This document shows, one piece after another, positions 9,968 to 20,070 of a stretch of 64,000 nucleotides of DNA. The position numbers and the translations under genes were made by a program. Origin of the DNA: an uncultured Solirubrobacteraceae bacterium (GTDB lineage Bacteria > Actinomycetota > Thermoleophilia > Solirubrobacterales > Solirubrobacteraceae). Every line of letters starts with the position of its first letter. Within the stretch, counting starts at the first letter, position 1. The DNA is taken from assembly GCA_963724195.1 (NCBI GenBank), contig CAVRTQ010000001.1:3078-67077 (forward strand), in the 5' to 3' direction. The notes under the pieces are model-generated. The model was not told where the DNA came from. It did not search any database and saw only the letters and a list, made by a program, of their open reading frames with translations.

Positions 9968-11598
9968 ATGGCCCCTTCCGGTTCACCCAACCGCCGTCGG
10001 CTCACGCGTGCCGCCGGCCTCGCGGCAGTCAGCATGCTCGTGGCGACAGGCTCGGCGTCAGCCGCCGACGGGCAGATCCTGCGCGAGAACGCGCCCAACG
10101 CCATCGCGGACAACTACATCGTCGTCCTCGACGACGCCAAGGTCGGCAAGGGCAAGACCCGCACCGTCACCAACGCGCTCGTCCGCGAGCACGGCGCGAA
10201 GGTCGAGCACCGGTACGAGAGCTCGGTCCGCGGCTTCTCGGCCGAGATGACGCGGGAAGAGGCGCTGGAGCTCTCCAAGGACCCGGCCGTCGCGTACGTC
10301 GAGCAGGATCGGACGGTCAAGGCGCTGGGCACGCAGGCGCCGACGCCCTCGTGGGGCCTGGACCGCCTCGACCAGCGCGATCTGCCGCTCAACGGCTCGT
10401 TCACCTACCCCAACACGGGCGCGGGCGTGACCGCGTACATCATCGACACCGGCATCCGCACCTCCCACAGCGACTTCGGCGGGCGCGCGTCCTGGGGCAT
10501 CGAACACCACCGGTGACGGCAACAACACCGACTGCAACGGGCACGGCACGCACGTGGCGGGCACGGTCGGCGGCTCGCAGTACGGCGTCGCCAAGGGCGT
10601 CAAGCTGATCGCGGTCAAGGTGCTCAACTGCGCCGGCAGCGGCAGCTTCTCCGGTGTGGTGGCCGGCATCGACTGGGTCACGTCGCACCACCAGCCGGGG
10701 CAGCCGGCGGTGGCGAACATGAGCCTTGGCGCCTACGGGCAGCGACGCGGCCACCGAGAACGCCGTGCGCAGCTCGATCGCCGACGGCGTGACGTACGCG
10801 ATCGCCTCCGGCAACTCCAACGACAACGCCTGCAACTACACCCCGGCGCGCGTGGGCGAGGCGATCACCGTCAACGCCAGCACGAACACGGACGCGCGCG
10901 CCTCGTTCTCCAACTTCGGCACCTGCACCGACGTCTTCGCTCCGGGCCAGAACATCACGTCCGCGTGGATCTCCAGCGACACGGCCACGAACACCATCAG
11001 CGGCACGTCGATGGCCGCCCCGCACGTGGCCGGCGCGGCCGCGCTCGTCCTCGGCGCGACGCCGCAGGCCACGCCCCAGGTCGTCCGGGACCGCCTGGTC
11101 GCCGACGCCACCCAGAACAAGGTCACCAACCCCGGCACCGGCTCCCCCAACCGCCTGCTCTACACGGCCGCCTCCGCGTCCGACGGCCCGTGGGCCGGCA
11201 CCGGCACCGCGACGACCACCGTCACCGCCGACGGCACCTCCGGCAACGCCGTGCTCAACTACTCCGTCATCGGCTCCAGCGGCAACTGGACGTTCAGCAA
11301 CACCGCCAAGTCCGCCCGCACCCAGGCCATCAAGTACCGCTACAACGGCTTCCACGCCTGGTTCCAGGTCCGCGTCGCGATCGAGCGGTTCGTGATCCGC
11401 AACGGCGTCGAGATCGCCAAGCAGACCCTCAACAGCGCGGGCCCCGTGAACTGCTGCTCGGCCCCGTCCGGCGGCTTTGACTACTCGGGCACGGCCACGT
11501 TCGATCTGCAGCCCGGCGACGTGTACGGGTTCCGCATGAGCGGCAGCCACTTCGACAGCGACCGCCGACTGATCGGCACCCTGACGCTCACCAGCTGA
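9968..11598 (+). CDS. S8 subtilisin-like serine protease with I9 prodomain and C-terminal Cys-Cys domain (frameshifts near 10503 and 10730)
   Basis: AGGAG RBS; I9 YIVVL...YVEQD; triad motifs [25 protein letters not shown]. Confidence 0.92.
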
Positions 11599-11610
11599 GC
11601 CGCCGTCTCA

Positions 11611-11719
11611 CCCGGCGCTAAAGGGTCACGCCACCGCTCGTAAGATCTTGAGCGGACGCGTGACCTTCGCGCGGGTTCGTGGGGTCTATGTCGGTTGACG
11701 CCCGCACCGTCGCGGTGCG
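11611..11719 (+). other. Structured intergenic element with two hairpins
   Basis: GGTCACGC(11624-31)/GCGTGACC(11658-65) enclosing CCGCTC/GAGCGG; CGCACCG-TCG-CGGTGCG at 11703-11719. Confidence 0.45.
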
Positions 11720-11743
11720 CCCTCCCCTCAGACCTAGGAACCC

Positions 11744-11875
11744 ATGACTCCGACCGAACTCAAACAGGCTCGAACCATCGCGGTCGACCCGGAGCCGGAC
11801 GAGCGAGGCAACGTCTCCGTCATCGTCCGGCTCGACGACGAGCGCTCGACGGCGCTGGCCTTCAACGCCAACTAG
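11744..11875 (+). CDS. Small hypothetical protein (43 aa)
   Basis: AGGA RBS then MTPTELKQARTIAVDPEPDERGNVSVIVRLDDERSTALAFNAN*; GC-rich third positions; below ORF-track cutoff. Confidence 0.45.
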   Translation: MTPTELKQARTIAVDPEPDERGNVSVIVRLDDERSTALAFNAN

Positions 11876-11908
11876 CGTCGCCGACCTGCTCTCGCTTAGC
11901 CTGCGGGC

Positions 11909-12364
11909 ATGGATGCTCCACCGAGGCCGCGCTCCCAGCGCCGTCGGGACACCGAGCGCCGGCTGAATCACGACGTCGACCTGTGGGTCGCGAGCGCGTC
12001 GGCGGACGGGGTGCCGCATCTCATCCCGCTGTCGTTCGACTGGGACGGCACCGCGATCCTGCTGTCCACCCCGCGGGACAGTCCCACCGGCCGGAACCTC
12101 GCCACGTCGCGCAGCGCGCGGCTCGGGCTGGGAGAGACGCGTGACGTGACGCTGATCGAAGGGGACGTCGAGGTGCTGGCGATCGACGCGCTGCCGGGCG
12201 AGGTCGGTGACCGGTTCGCCGCCCGCACGGGCTTCGACCCGCGCGCGCTGAAGACGCCCTATTGCTGGTTCCGGATCACGCCGCGTCGCATCCTGGCGTG
12301 GCGCGAGGTGGACGAGCTCGCCGAGCGCGAGCTGATGCGCGACGGCCGCTGGACGATCGCCTAA
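11909..12364 (+). CDS. Pyridoxamine 5'-phosphate oxidase family protein
   Basis: WVASASADGVPHLIPLSF...RNL...IEG split-barrel pattern. Confidence 0.85.
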   Translation: MDAPPRPRSQRRRDTERRLNHDVDLWVASASADGVPHLIPLSFDWDGTAILLSTPRDSPTGRNLATSRSARLGLGETRDVTLIEGDVEVLAIDALPGEVGDRFAARTGFDPRALKTPYCWFRITPRRILAWREVDELAERELMRDGRWTIA

Positions 12365-13080
12365 GCGCGGTGGGCCGCAGCGAGGTAGAGCACGGCCGAC
12401 ACCGCGGTGGCGAGGTTCAGCGAGGACACGCCCGGGCGCATCGGCAGCGCGATGCGCGCGTCGGCCATCGCCAGCAGCTCGTCGGTGAGGCCGTCGCGCT
12501 CGGTCCCGAAGGCCAGCAGCGCGCGCGGCGGGAGCACGCCCGGGGCGAGGACCGTGCCTTCAGGGTCCAGCGCGATCAACGGGCGGTCGCCCGTGCGGAC
12601 CGTGCGCGAGCGCGCCACGGGCAGCGCGAAGTGCAGTCCGGCGGACCCGCGCAGCGCGTCCGCGTGCCACGGGTCCTGCACGCCCGTGGTGATCACGCCC
12701 GCCGCGCCGGCCGCCGCCGCCACCCGCACCACGGCGCCGAGGTTGCCGAGGTGCCGCGGCGCCTCCAGCAGGACGACCGGCTCGGGACCGGGCAACGCGA
12801 GGATGCCGTCGGGGTCGGGTTGGCGCGGGCGCCGCGCCAGCGCGATCACCTGCGCCCGCGGGACCACGGCGGCCAACTCGCTCAGCTCCACGACCGTCGG
12901 CGACAGCACCACGTCGGGCGCGAGCCGCGCCGACAGCGCCGCCAGCTCGTCGGCATCGGCCGTCCACACGCCCAGCAGCTCCGCCCCGAAGCGCACCGCG
13001 TGCTTGACGGCGTGAAAGCCCTCGAGCACGACCAGCCCAGGGTCGCGCCGCGCGCGCTGCACATCACCGAGTTCGACCAC
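12361..13080 (-). CDS. TrmH/SpoU family RNA methyltransferase
   Basis: GNLGAVVR, FGTERDGL, LPMRPGVSSLNLATA SPOUT motifs; start approximate. Confidence 0.9.
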   Translation of the reverse strand: MVELGDVQRARRDPGLVVLEGFHAVKHAVRFGAELLGVWTADADELAALSARLAPDVVLSPTVVELSELAAVVPRAQVIALARRPRQPDPDGILALPGPEPVVLLEAPRHLGNLGAVVRVAAAAGAAGVITTGVQDPWHADALRGSAGLHFALPVARSRTVRTGDRPLIALDPEGTVLAPGVLPPRALLAFGTERDGLTDELLAMADARIALPMRPGVSSLNLATAVSAVLYLAAAHRA

Positions 13081-13091
13081 TCCTCCAGACG

Positions 13092-13486
13092 CTACTGCGG
13101 GCGATCGCGCCGCAGCGCCTCGAACCGCGCGTCGTCGCGCTCCTTGCGCTGCCGCCGCTGCTCCTCGAAGCGGCCGTCCTGGTCGATCCGCGGATCGGCG
13201 AGGTTGAACATCGCCTTCGTCCGCTTGGCGTTGACGACCACCGGCACGGCGCTGCCCCGCTTCGGCTCGCCCAGCACCTTGTACGTCTTCTCCTTGAACG
13301 TCAGCCGCACCGGCGGCCCACCGTCGCGGCCCGGCACATCGACCATGTACTCGTCGATCTGGTAGGAGCCGCTGGGCCGTCTGAGTCGCGCAGCTTGCGC
13401 GCGACGAACCGCGAGTCCACGAACGTCGCGTCGACGCGGTCCCACCGCCGCCGCAAGGAGAGCCGAAACCCATCGAACCAGTGCAT
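13092..13486 (-). CDS. Hypothetical protein (frameshift near 13375)
   Basis: Two frames join into MHWFDGFRLSLRRRWDRVDATFVDSRF...EYMVDVPG...KERDDARFEALRRDRPQ. Confidence 0.6.
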
Positions 13487-13505
13487 GCGGGCAACCCTCT
13501 CATCG

Positions 13506-14699
13506 TCAGCGCGCCGAAGGCAAGTCGGCCCGCGTACGGGCCGCCTGACGGATGAGGTGGTTGCGCTCGGACACGTTGGTGGCCAGACGGGCGGCTTCGG
13601 CGTAGGCGACAGCGGCGGCGGGAAGGTCACCGTCGAGCTCGTGCAGATGTCCGCGCACGGCGTGCCAGCGGTGGCGGTCGCCGATCACGTCGCGCAGCCG
13701 GTCCGTCTCGCGCAGCCCGGCGGCGGCGCCGAGGACGTGGCCGACCGCGACCGCGCGGCCGAGCACCGCGGCGGGGTCCTGGCGGACGGGCTCGTCGCTC
13801 AGCCCGACCAGGTCGTCGTACCAGGCCAGGATCTGCAGCCAGTCGGTCTCCTCGACGCGCGCGGCGTCGTCGTGCAGGGCGGCGATCGCGGCCTCGATCT
13901 GGTAGCGACCCGGGCGCTCCAGGGCGAGTGCGGACTGCAGGATGTGCACGCCCTCGGCGATCTCGCGCGTGTCCCACAACGAGCGGTCCTGGCGGTCGAG
14001 CGTGACGATCCGGCCCGCCGCGTCGAAGCGCGCGGGGAGCCGAGCGTGGTTGAGCAGCATCAGCGCGAGCAGGCCGCGCGCCTCGGGCTCCGGCGTCTCG
14101 AGCGTGAGCACGCGGGCGAGGCGGATCGCTTCGCGCGCCAGGTCCACCCGGCCCGCGTGGCCGGCGGAATAGATGAGGTAGAGCACGCGCAGGACCACCG
14201 CGAGGTCGCCCGGCTGGTCCAGGCGCTGCCCGCGCAGCGTGCGCTTGGCGCGGCTGATCCGCTGCGCCATCGTCGCCTCCGGGACGTAGAACGCGTCGGC
14301 GATCTCGCGCGTGGTGAGGCCGCCGACGGCGCGCAGCGTCAACGCCACCTGGGACGCCGGCGCGAGGTCTCCGTGGCAGCAGCAGAAGAGCAGGAAGAGC
14401 GTGTCGTCGCCCGCGTCCTCCACCACCGGTCGCGGCGGCTCCGCGAGCAGCGTCTCCTCGCGCCGCACCCGTGCGGCCTCGCTGCGGCGCGCGTCGACGA
14501 GCCGCCGCGCGGCGACCGCGGTCAGCCACGCGCGGGCATCGTCCGGCGGGCTGTCGGGCCAGACGCGGAGCGCGTCGAGCAGGGCCTCCTGGAGCGCGTC
14601 CTCGGCGGCGTCGAAGTCCTCGCCCCGCCGGACCAGACCCGCGAGGACCCGCGGGATGAGGGCGCGCAGCGCACCCTCATCCAGCCTCGCGTCGGTCAT
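13506..14699 (-). CDS. ECF sigma factor with long C-terminal extension (YciI-associated type)
   Basis: DFDAAEDALQEA, DDTLFLLFCCCH, LTTREIADAF, ATMAQRISRAK, YQIEAAIAALH. Confidence 0.92.
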   Translation of the reverse strand: MTDARLDEGALRALIPRVLAGLVRRGEDFDAAEDALQEALLDALRVWPDSPPDDARAWLTAVAARRLVDARRSEAARVRREETLLAEPPRPVVEDAGDDTLFLLFCCCHGDLAPASQVALTLRAVGGLTTREIADAFYVPEATMAQRISRAKRTLRGQRLDQPGDLAVVLRVLYLIYSAGHAGRVDLAREAIRLARVLTLETPEPEARGLLALMLLNHARLPARFDAAGRIVTLDRQDRSLWDTREIAEGVHILQSALALERPGRYQIEAAIAALHDDAARVEETDWLQILAWYDDLVGLSDEPVRQDPAAVLGRAVAVGHVLGAAAGLRETDRLRDVIGDRHRWHAVRGHLHELDGDLPAAAVAYAEAARLATNVSERNHLIRQAARTRADLPSAR

Positions 14700-14705
14700 C
14701 TCGGG

Positions 14706-15116
14706 TCAGTCCTGCGGCGGCAGCTCGGACATGACCTCGCGGACGTCGATCCACTCGTACAGCGGCTCGCCGCGCGGGCCGGGCTCGGAGGACACGTACG
14801 CCGCGAGCTCGAGCGCCCGCTCGCGGGACTCGACGTCGATCATGAACCAGCCCGCGACCAGCTCGCTGGTCTCGGGGTGCGGGCCGTCGGTGGTGACGGG
14901 CGCCGCGTCCGGACCGCCGTAGCGGACCCAGGTGCGCGTCGGCGTGAGCGCCTGCGCGTCGACGTACTCGCCGTTCTCCTGCAGCAGCTCGACGACGTGC
15001 CGCTGGAAGGCGATGTGCGCCTCCACGTCCTCCGGCGCCCACTGGTCCATCGGCGGGGCCGGGATGTGCATCTCGGGGCCGCCGCGGTAGTGCTTGAGCA
15101 ACAGGTACTTGGGCAT
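14706..15116 (-). CDS. YciI/DGPF family protein
   Basis: VTTDGPHPETSELVAGWFMIDV; directly upstream of the ECF sigma. Confidence 0.9.
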   Translation of the reverse strand: MPKYLLLKHYRGGPEMHIPAPPMDQWAPEDVEAHIAFQRHVVELLQENGEYVDAQALTPTRTWVRYGGPDAAPVTTDGPHPETSELVAGWFMIDVESRERALELAAYVSSEPGPRGEPLYEWIDVREVMSELPPQD

Positions 15117-15219
15117 CGTGATCTCCTGGTCTATCGCGCCGCGCCGTTCGCGGCTTCACTGGGGGAGCGGAGCCGACCGGCGCTTCTCGACACGCGGTCG
15201 CCGTTGTGGCGCGTCGGCG

Positions 15220-16627
15220 CTATCCGAACCAGGTGGTCAGCGCGTCGTCCAGGCCCGCGTCGGTGCCGTCTCCCACCCAGGCGACGTAGCCGTCCGGGCG
15301 CACGAGCACGGCGGACGGCGCGCTGACCACGCCGAGCACGGGGAGCTCCCACGCTCCGTCGTAGGTGGCGTCGACCGCCTCGGGCCGCAGCCCCGGCTCA
15401 CCGAAGTTGAGCAGCACCGGACGCGCGGCGTGCAGGAGCTCGAAGACGCGACGCCCGCCGCCGAGGTCCAGGTCGGGCATGCGCCGCCCCAGCAACGGGT
15501 GGCCCTCGCCGAGGTCGTAGTGGATGTCCAGCCCGGAGACGAGCCCGGCGAGATGCCGGCGCGGCTCGTCCATCGGCGCGATGTCGGCGAGCACCTCGAC
15601 CAGCGCCTGCACGCGATCGTCGCGGCGCTGGAGCTCGGTCTGGGCCATCGTGTACCGCAGCGAACGGGCGGTCGCGGGATGGCGCTCGGCGAAGTAGGTG
15701 TCGAGCAGGGTCTCCGGCGACGTGCCGTTGACCACCTGCGCGAGCTTCCAGCCCAGGTTCACCGCGTCCTGCACCCCGAGGCTGAGCCCTTGCCCGCCGG
15801 CCGGATAGTGGATGTGGGCCGCGTCGCCGGCGAGCAGCACGCGCCCGGAGCGGTAGGCCGCGGCCTGGCGCGTGGCGTCGGTGAAGCGGGAGATCCAGAC
15901 CGGGCTGTGGACCCCGAAGTCGGTCCCGTACACGCGGACGAGCGCCGCGCGCAGGTCGTCCATCGACGCCTCGCCGGACCGGAGCTCGTGCTCGGTCAGC
16001 ACCACCCGGTACCCGCGCTCGATCGGGCCGATCGCCTGCACGCCGAAGGCGTCGTGACGGAGCCCGAGCTCCGGCTCGACCAGCTCGACCTCGGCGATCA
16101 GGTTGCTGCGCGTCGCCTCCCAGCCCGGGAAGTCGATCCCGGCCAGCTTGCGGATCAGGCTGCGGCCGCCGTCGCACCCGACCAGGTACTGCGCCCGCAG
16201 CGTCTCGCCGTCGGCCAGCACCACTTCGACGCCGGAGTCGTCCTGCGTGAAGCCCGTCACCTCGCGTCCGTACCGGACCTGCGCGGGCAGCTCGGCGAGC
16301 CAGGCGGCCATGATCCGCTCGATCTCGTTCTGGAAGAGCGCCGAGCGTGTACGGGTGCCGCGTCGGGAAGTCGCTCATGTCCAGCACCGCCGTGCCGAAC
16401 GTCGCGACCTGCACCGTCTTGCCCGCGTCGAGGAACCGGTCCGCGACGCCGCGCTGGTCGAGCACCTCGATCGTGCGCGCGTGCATGCCGCCCGCGCGGG
16501 ATCCGGCGAGCCCGTGATCCGGGCGCCGCTCGAGCAGCACGACATCGACCTCCGCCAGCGCCAACTCCGCCGCCAGCATCATCCCCGCCGGCCCGCCCCC
16601 GGCGATCACCACAGCATGTTCAGTCAT
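15220..16627 (-). CDS. FAD-dependent monooxygenase, rifampin monooxygenase (Rox)-like; frameshift near 16340
   Basis: GGGPAG, VGCDGGRS, LAGDAAHIHYPAGGQGLSLGVQDA, HPLLGRRMPD, LVRPDGYVAW, LTTWFG. Confidence 0.85.
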
Positions 16628-16661
16628 CCGCACTCTCCTCGCTTGAGCCTTGCGGCGGGCG

Positions 16662-16696
16662 ATTATGCGGAAGAAATCAGTGCCTCATGAGGCACT
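16662..16696 (-). promoter_or_regulatory. Promoter (-10 CATAAT) with perfect 18-bp palindrome over the -35 region
   Basis: AGTGCCTCATGAGGCACT at 16679-16696; ATTATG at 16662-16667 on + strand. Confidence 0.6.
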
Positions 16697-16729
16697 TCGT
16701 TCCGGTATAAATTGGAAGTGGAGAGACGC

Positions 16730-17486
16730 TCAGCGTCTGAATCCGCCCTCGCTGTTGAGCACCTGTCCGGTCATCCAGCGACCGTCCTCGGACACGAGCC
16801 ATGCGATCAAGCGCGCCGCGTCGTCCGGCTCGCCCCAGCGCCCGGCGGGCATCTGCTCTGCCACCGCTGCCGTCAGTGCGGGGTTCGCCCAGCCCGTGTC
16901 GGTGGGACCGGGGTTCACGCAGTTGACGGTGATGCCGCGGTCGGCGAGCTCGTCGGCGATCGAGAGCGTGATCGCCGCGAGCGCGCCCTTGGACGACGCG
17001 TAGGCGATCTCCGGCATCGGGCCCAGGTTCTGGCCCGACGTCATGAACACGATCCGCCCGCCCGGGCGCCCGTCGTGATGGCGGGCGAACGCCTGGGCGA
17101 GCAAGCAGCGACGCGCGCGTGTTCACCGCCCAGTGGGCGTCGAGCATCTCCGCCGTCACGTCCGCGAGCGGGCCGTCGGGACCGCTGGAGGCGTGGTTGC
17201 AGACGAGGATGTCGACGTGACCGAACGCCGCGCGCGCGGCGTCGAGCAGCGCCGCGGGCGTGTCCGGCTGCGCAAGGTCGAAGCCGGCGTGGGCGGTGTC
17301 GCCGCCGATCGCATCGATCACGGCGTCGATCCCGGCCGGGTCGGCGCCCCAGTCGCGGTCGGCATCGTGCGGCACGTGGTGGTGCGCGAACACGCGCACG
17401 CCGTCCGCCACCAGCCGCCGGGCGATCGCGAACCCGATCCCGGCGCGCCGGCTGACGCCGGTGACGAGTGCGACCCTCCCGTCCAT
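16730..17486 (-). CDS. SDR family oxidoreductase (frameshift near 17105)
   Basis: VTGVSRRAGIG, YASSK, NPGPTDTG, TGQVLNSEGG. Confidence 0.9.
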
Positions 17487-17495
17487 GGCGCGACA

Positions 17496-18320
17496 CTAGT
17501 CCAGGACGGCGCTGACCGGCGTCGCCGGGCGCCCGAGCAGCCGCTCGAGCGTCGGGTCGGTCACCGCGAACTCGCCGCGCCGCGCGGCCCGGAACATGCC
17601 GAGCGTGAACTCGACCAGGTCCGCCGGCAGCCCCCGCTCGATCGCGGCGGCCGTCCACTCGTCGTCGGGCAGGACGACGCGCTCGACGCCGAGCAGACGG
17701 GCGACGTCGCCGAGATCCAACGTGTCGGGCGCGGTGAGCGGCGGCGTGACGCCCGCCAGCTCGGAGGAGGTCATCGCGAGCGCGGCCACCTCCGCGAGGT
17801 CCTCGTGCGCGGTCCACGAGAACGGGCCGTCCTCGGGCGCGACGAGCCGGCCGCTCGCGCGCGCCTCACCCGCGAACCGTTCCAGCGTGCTGGCGTAGAA
17901 GCCGTTGCGCAGCGCGACGAACGGGACGCCCAGTCCCGCCAGGTGCGCTTCGGCGGCGGCGTGCACGCGCTGCGGGTCGAAGAGGGAGTCGGCCGCCGCG
18001 GCCTGGTGGCTGGTGTAGAGGATCCGGTGGGCGCCGGCGGCGTGCGCGGCGTCGAGGGCCGCGTGGTTGGCGGTGATGGCGCCGTCGCCGCGGATCGAGG
18101 CCGAGATCACGAGGACCTGCTCGGCGCCTTCGAAGGCGTGCGCGAGGGTGCCCGGATCGGTGAAGTCGCCCGCGCGCACCCGCACGCCGCGCGCCGCCAA
18201 CCCGGAGGCGGTGTCGACGTCGCGGACGCTGACGCCGACCGACTCGACAGGGATCCGCTCGAGCAGGCGGTCGACGATCTGCGAGCCGAGGCGCCCGGTG
18301 GCGCCGGTGACGATGATCAT
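17496..18320 (-). CDS. NmrA/atypical SDR NAD(P)H-binding protein
   Basis: [18 protein letters not shown]; divergent from TetR. Confidence 0.88.
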   Translation of the reverse strand: MIIVTGATGRLGSQIVDRLLERIPVESVGVSVRDVDTASGLAARGVRVRAGDFTDPGTLAHAFEGAEQVLVISASIRGDGAITANHAALDAAHAAGAHRILYTSHQAAAADSLFDPQRVHAAAEAHLAGLGVPFVALRNGFYASTLERFAGEARASGRLVAPEDGPFSWTAHEDLAEVAALAMTSSELAGVTPPLTAPDTLDLGDVARLLGVERVVLPDDEWTAAAIERGLPADLVEFTLGMFRAARRGEFAVTDPTLERLLGRPATPVSAVLD

Positions 18321-18333
18321 GGTTCGCTCCTTC

Positions 18334-18396
18334 TGTTTCCAACGATACGCTGATGACGTTATCACTGATTCAGGCACGCTGTTATCGTCGGAAACA
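18334..18396. promoter_or_regulatory. Candidate TetR operator region
   Basis: TGTTTCCAACGATA (18334-47) and TATCGTCGGAAACA (18383-96) are inverted repeats (13/14 match); inner TGATGACGTTATCA. Confidence 0.55.
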
Positions 18397-19097
18397 TGGA
18401 CTCGCGATCAGCGATCATCGACGCCGCGGCGCGACTGCTGCAGAGCAGGGAGCGGCCGCGCTGACCACGCGCAGCGTGGCGGAGGCGGCGGGGGTCCAGC
18501 CGCCCACGCTCTATCGCCTCTTCGGGGACAAGGACGGGCTGATCGACGCCGTTGCGGAGCACGTGATGGCGACCTACGTCGCCGCCAAGTCCGAGCCGAT
18601 CGACCCGGACCCGGTGACCGATCTGCGGGCCGCCTGGCGGATGCACAACGACTTCGGCCTCGCGAACCCCGAGCTCTACGCGCTGCTCAACCGGCGCGGG
18701 CCCAACTCACCGGCGACCGTGGCCGGGATCGAGGTCCTCCGCGCCCGCGTGCGGCGGCTCGCGACGGCGGGCGTGCTCAGGGTGAGCGAGGAGCGCGCCC
18801 TGGAGCTGATCCACGCCGCCGGCTCGGGCACCGTCCTCGCGCTCCTGTCCACGCCGCCCGAGCAGCGCGACCCCGGCCTGGCCGACGCGATGCTGGAGGC
18901 CGTGCTGGCCGCGATCCTCACCGACGCTCCCAGCCTCGGCACCCGCCGGCCCGGCCGCGGTCGCGATCCAGTTCGCCACGCTCATCGACGAGCTCCCCGC
19001 GCTCAGCGACGCCGAACGTGCGCTGCTCGGCGAATGGGTCGCCCGCGCGATCGCCGCGATGAGTCTCGCCCCGACGCGGGGTCCAAGCTCTCCATGA
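18396..19097 (+). CDS. TetR family regulator (frameshifts near 18443 and 18940)
   Basis: [29 protein letters not shown]. Confidence 0.88.
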
Positions 19098-19585
19098 ACG
19101 CGAAGATCGACCGCCGCTTCAGCGACCCGGCCGCCGAGCCGACGCCGTGGGCCACGACCGAGACTGCCCTCGCCGCCGCGGAGCTGTACTGGATCACCAC
19201 CGTCCGCGAGGACGGGCGCCCGCACGTCACGCCGCTGATCGGCCTCTGGCACGACGGCGCCATCCACTTCTGCACCGGCCTGCGCGAGCAGAAGTTCCGC
19301 AACCTGGAGCACAACGACCGCGTCGCGATGACGACCGGCACGAACACCTGGGCGCAAGGCCTCGACGTGGTCGTCGAGGGCACCACGATGCAGATCACCG
19401 ACAACGCCGAGCTGCAGCGCATCGCCGACGCCTACGTCGCCAAGTACGGCGAGGTGTGGCGCTTCACGGTCGGCGACGGCGTCTTCGACGACGACACGGG
19501 CGGCCCCGCCGCGGTGTTCCGGATCGACGCGTCGAAGGTGATCGCGTTCGCGAAGGAGCCGCACGCGCAGACGACCTACGTGTGA
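19094..19585 (+). CDS. Pyridoxamine 5'-phosphate oxidase family protein
   Basis: [17 protein letters not shown]...QKFRNL...VVVEG. Confidence 0.88.
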   Translation: MNAKIDRRFSDPAAEPTPWATTETALAAAELYWITTVREDGRPHVTPLIGLWHDGAIHFCTGLREQKFRNLEHNDRVAMTTGTNTWAQGLDVVVEGTTMQITDNAELQRIADAYVAKYGEVWRFTVGDGVFDDDTGGPAAVFRIDASKVIAFAKEPHAQTTYV

Positions 19586-20050
19586 GCCCGCCCCCGCCGG
19601 ATTTCGGCGATCAGGAGCGGCATGTAGGTGCGAGCGGCGGTCACGAGCTCCCCGTCGTCCGCGGCGGTGAGCGCTTCCAGCTCGTCGAGTTGCGCGTCGG
19701 ACAACGGGTCCTCCGCCACGCCCCAGTAACAGCGCATCCGCGCGCGGTCACCGTCGAGCAGCAGCCCGACGTCGTCGAGCCAGCCCGGCACGCCGCGCTC
19801 ACGGATGCGGAGGTGATTGAGCTCGATCCACAGCTCCGCCAGCGTCGGCGAGGGCTTCGACCTCCTCCGCGCCGATCGCCTCGTCAAAGCGCTGGGAGGC
19901 CGCTTCGAGGTCGCGGAAGAAGTCCGCGTAGGCTCCGAATCCGGGGCCTGGGGTGAACGCTCCGTCGCTCCAGAACGTCTCCCGCGCCGGGAGCGAGACG
20001 CTCGCGACGACGCGGCCGTCCGGCGCGAGGATCTCGACGACGATAGGCAT
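19576..20050 (-). CDS. Hypothetical protein (frameshift near 19850)
   Basis: ORFs 19799-20050 and 19576-19887 join into one plausible protein. Confidence 0.55.
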
Positions 20051-20070
20051 CGAGCATCCGTAGTGCCCGA

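Noticed and set aside
11624-11665. c-di-GMP-I riboswitch (begins GGTCACGC)
   Set aside because: Lacks the GGCAAAC/GCAAAG junctions, GNRA loop and receptor stem
15165-15192. ECF autoregulatory promoter (TGTCGA) upstream of yciI
   Set aside because: Plausible -35, but the -10 match is weak and cannot be supported from one instance
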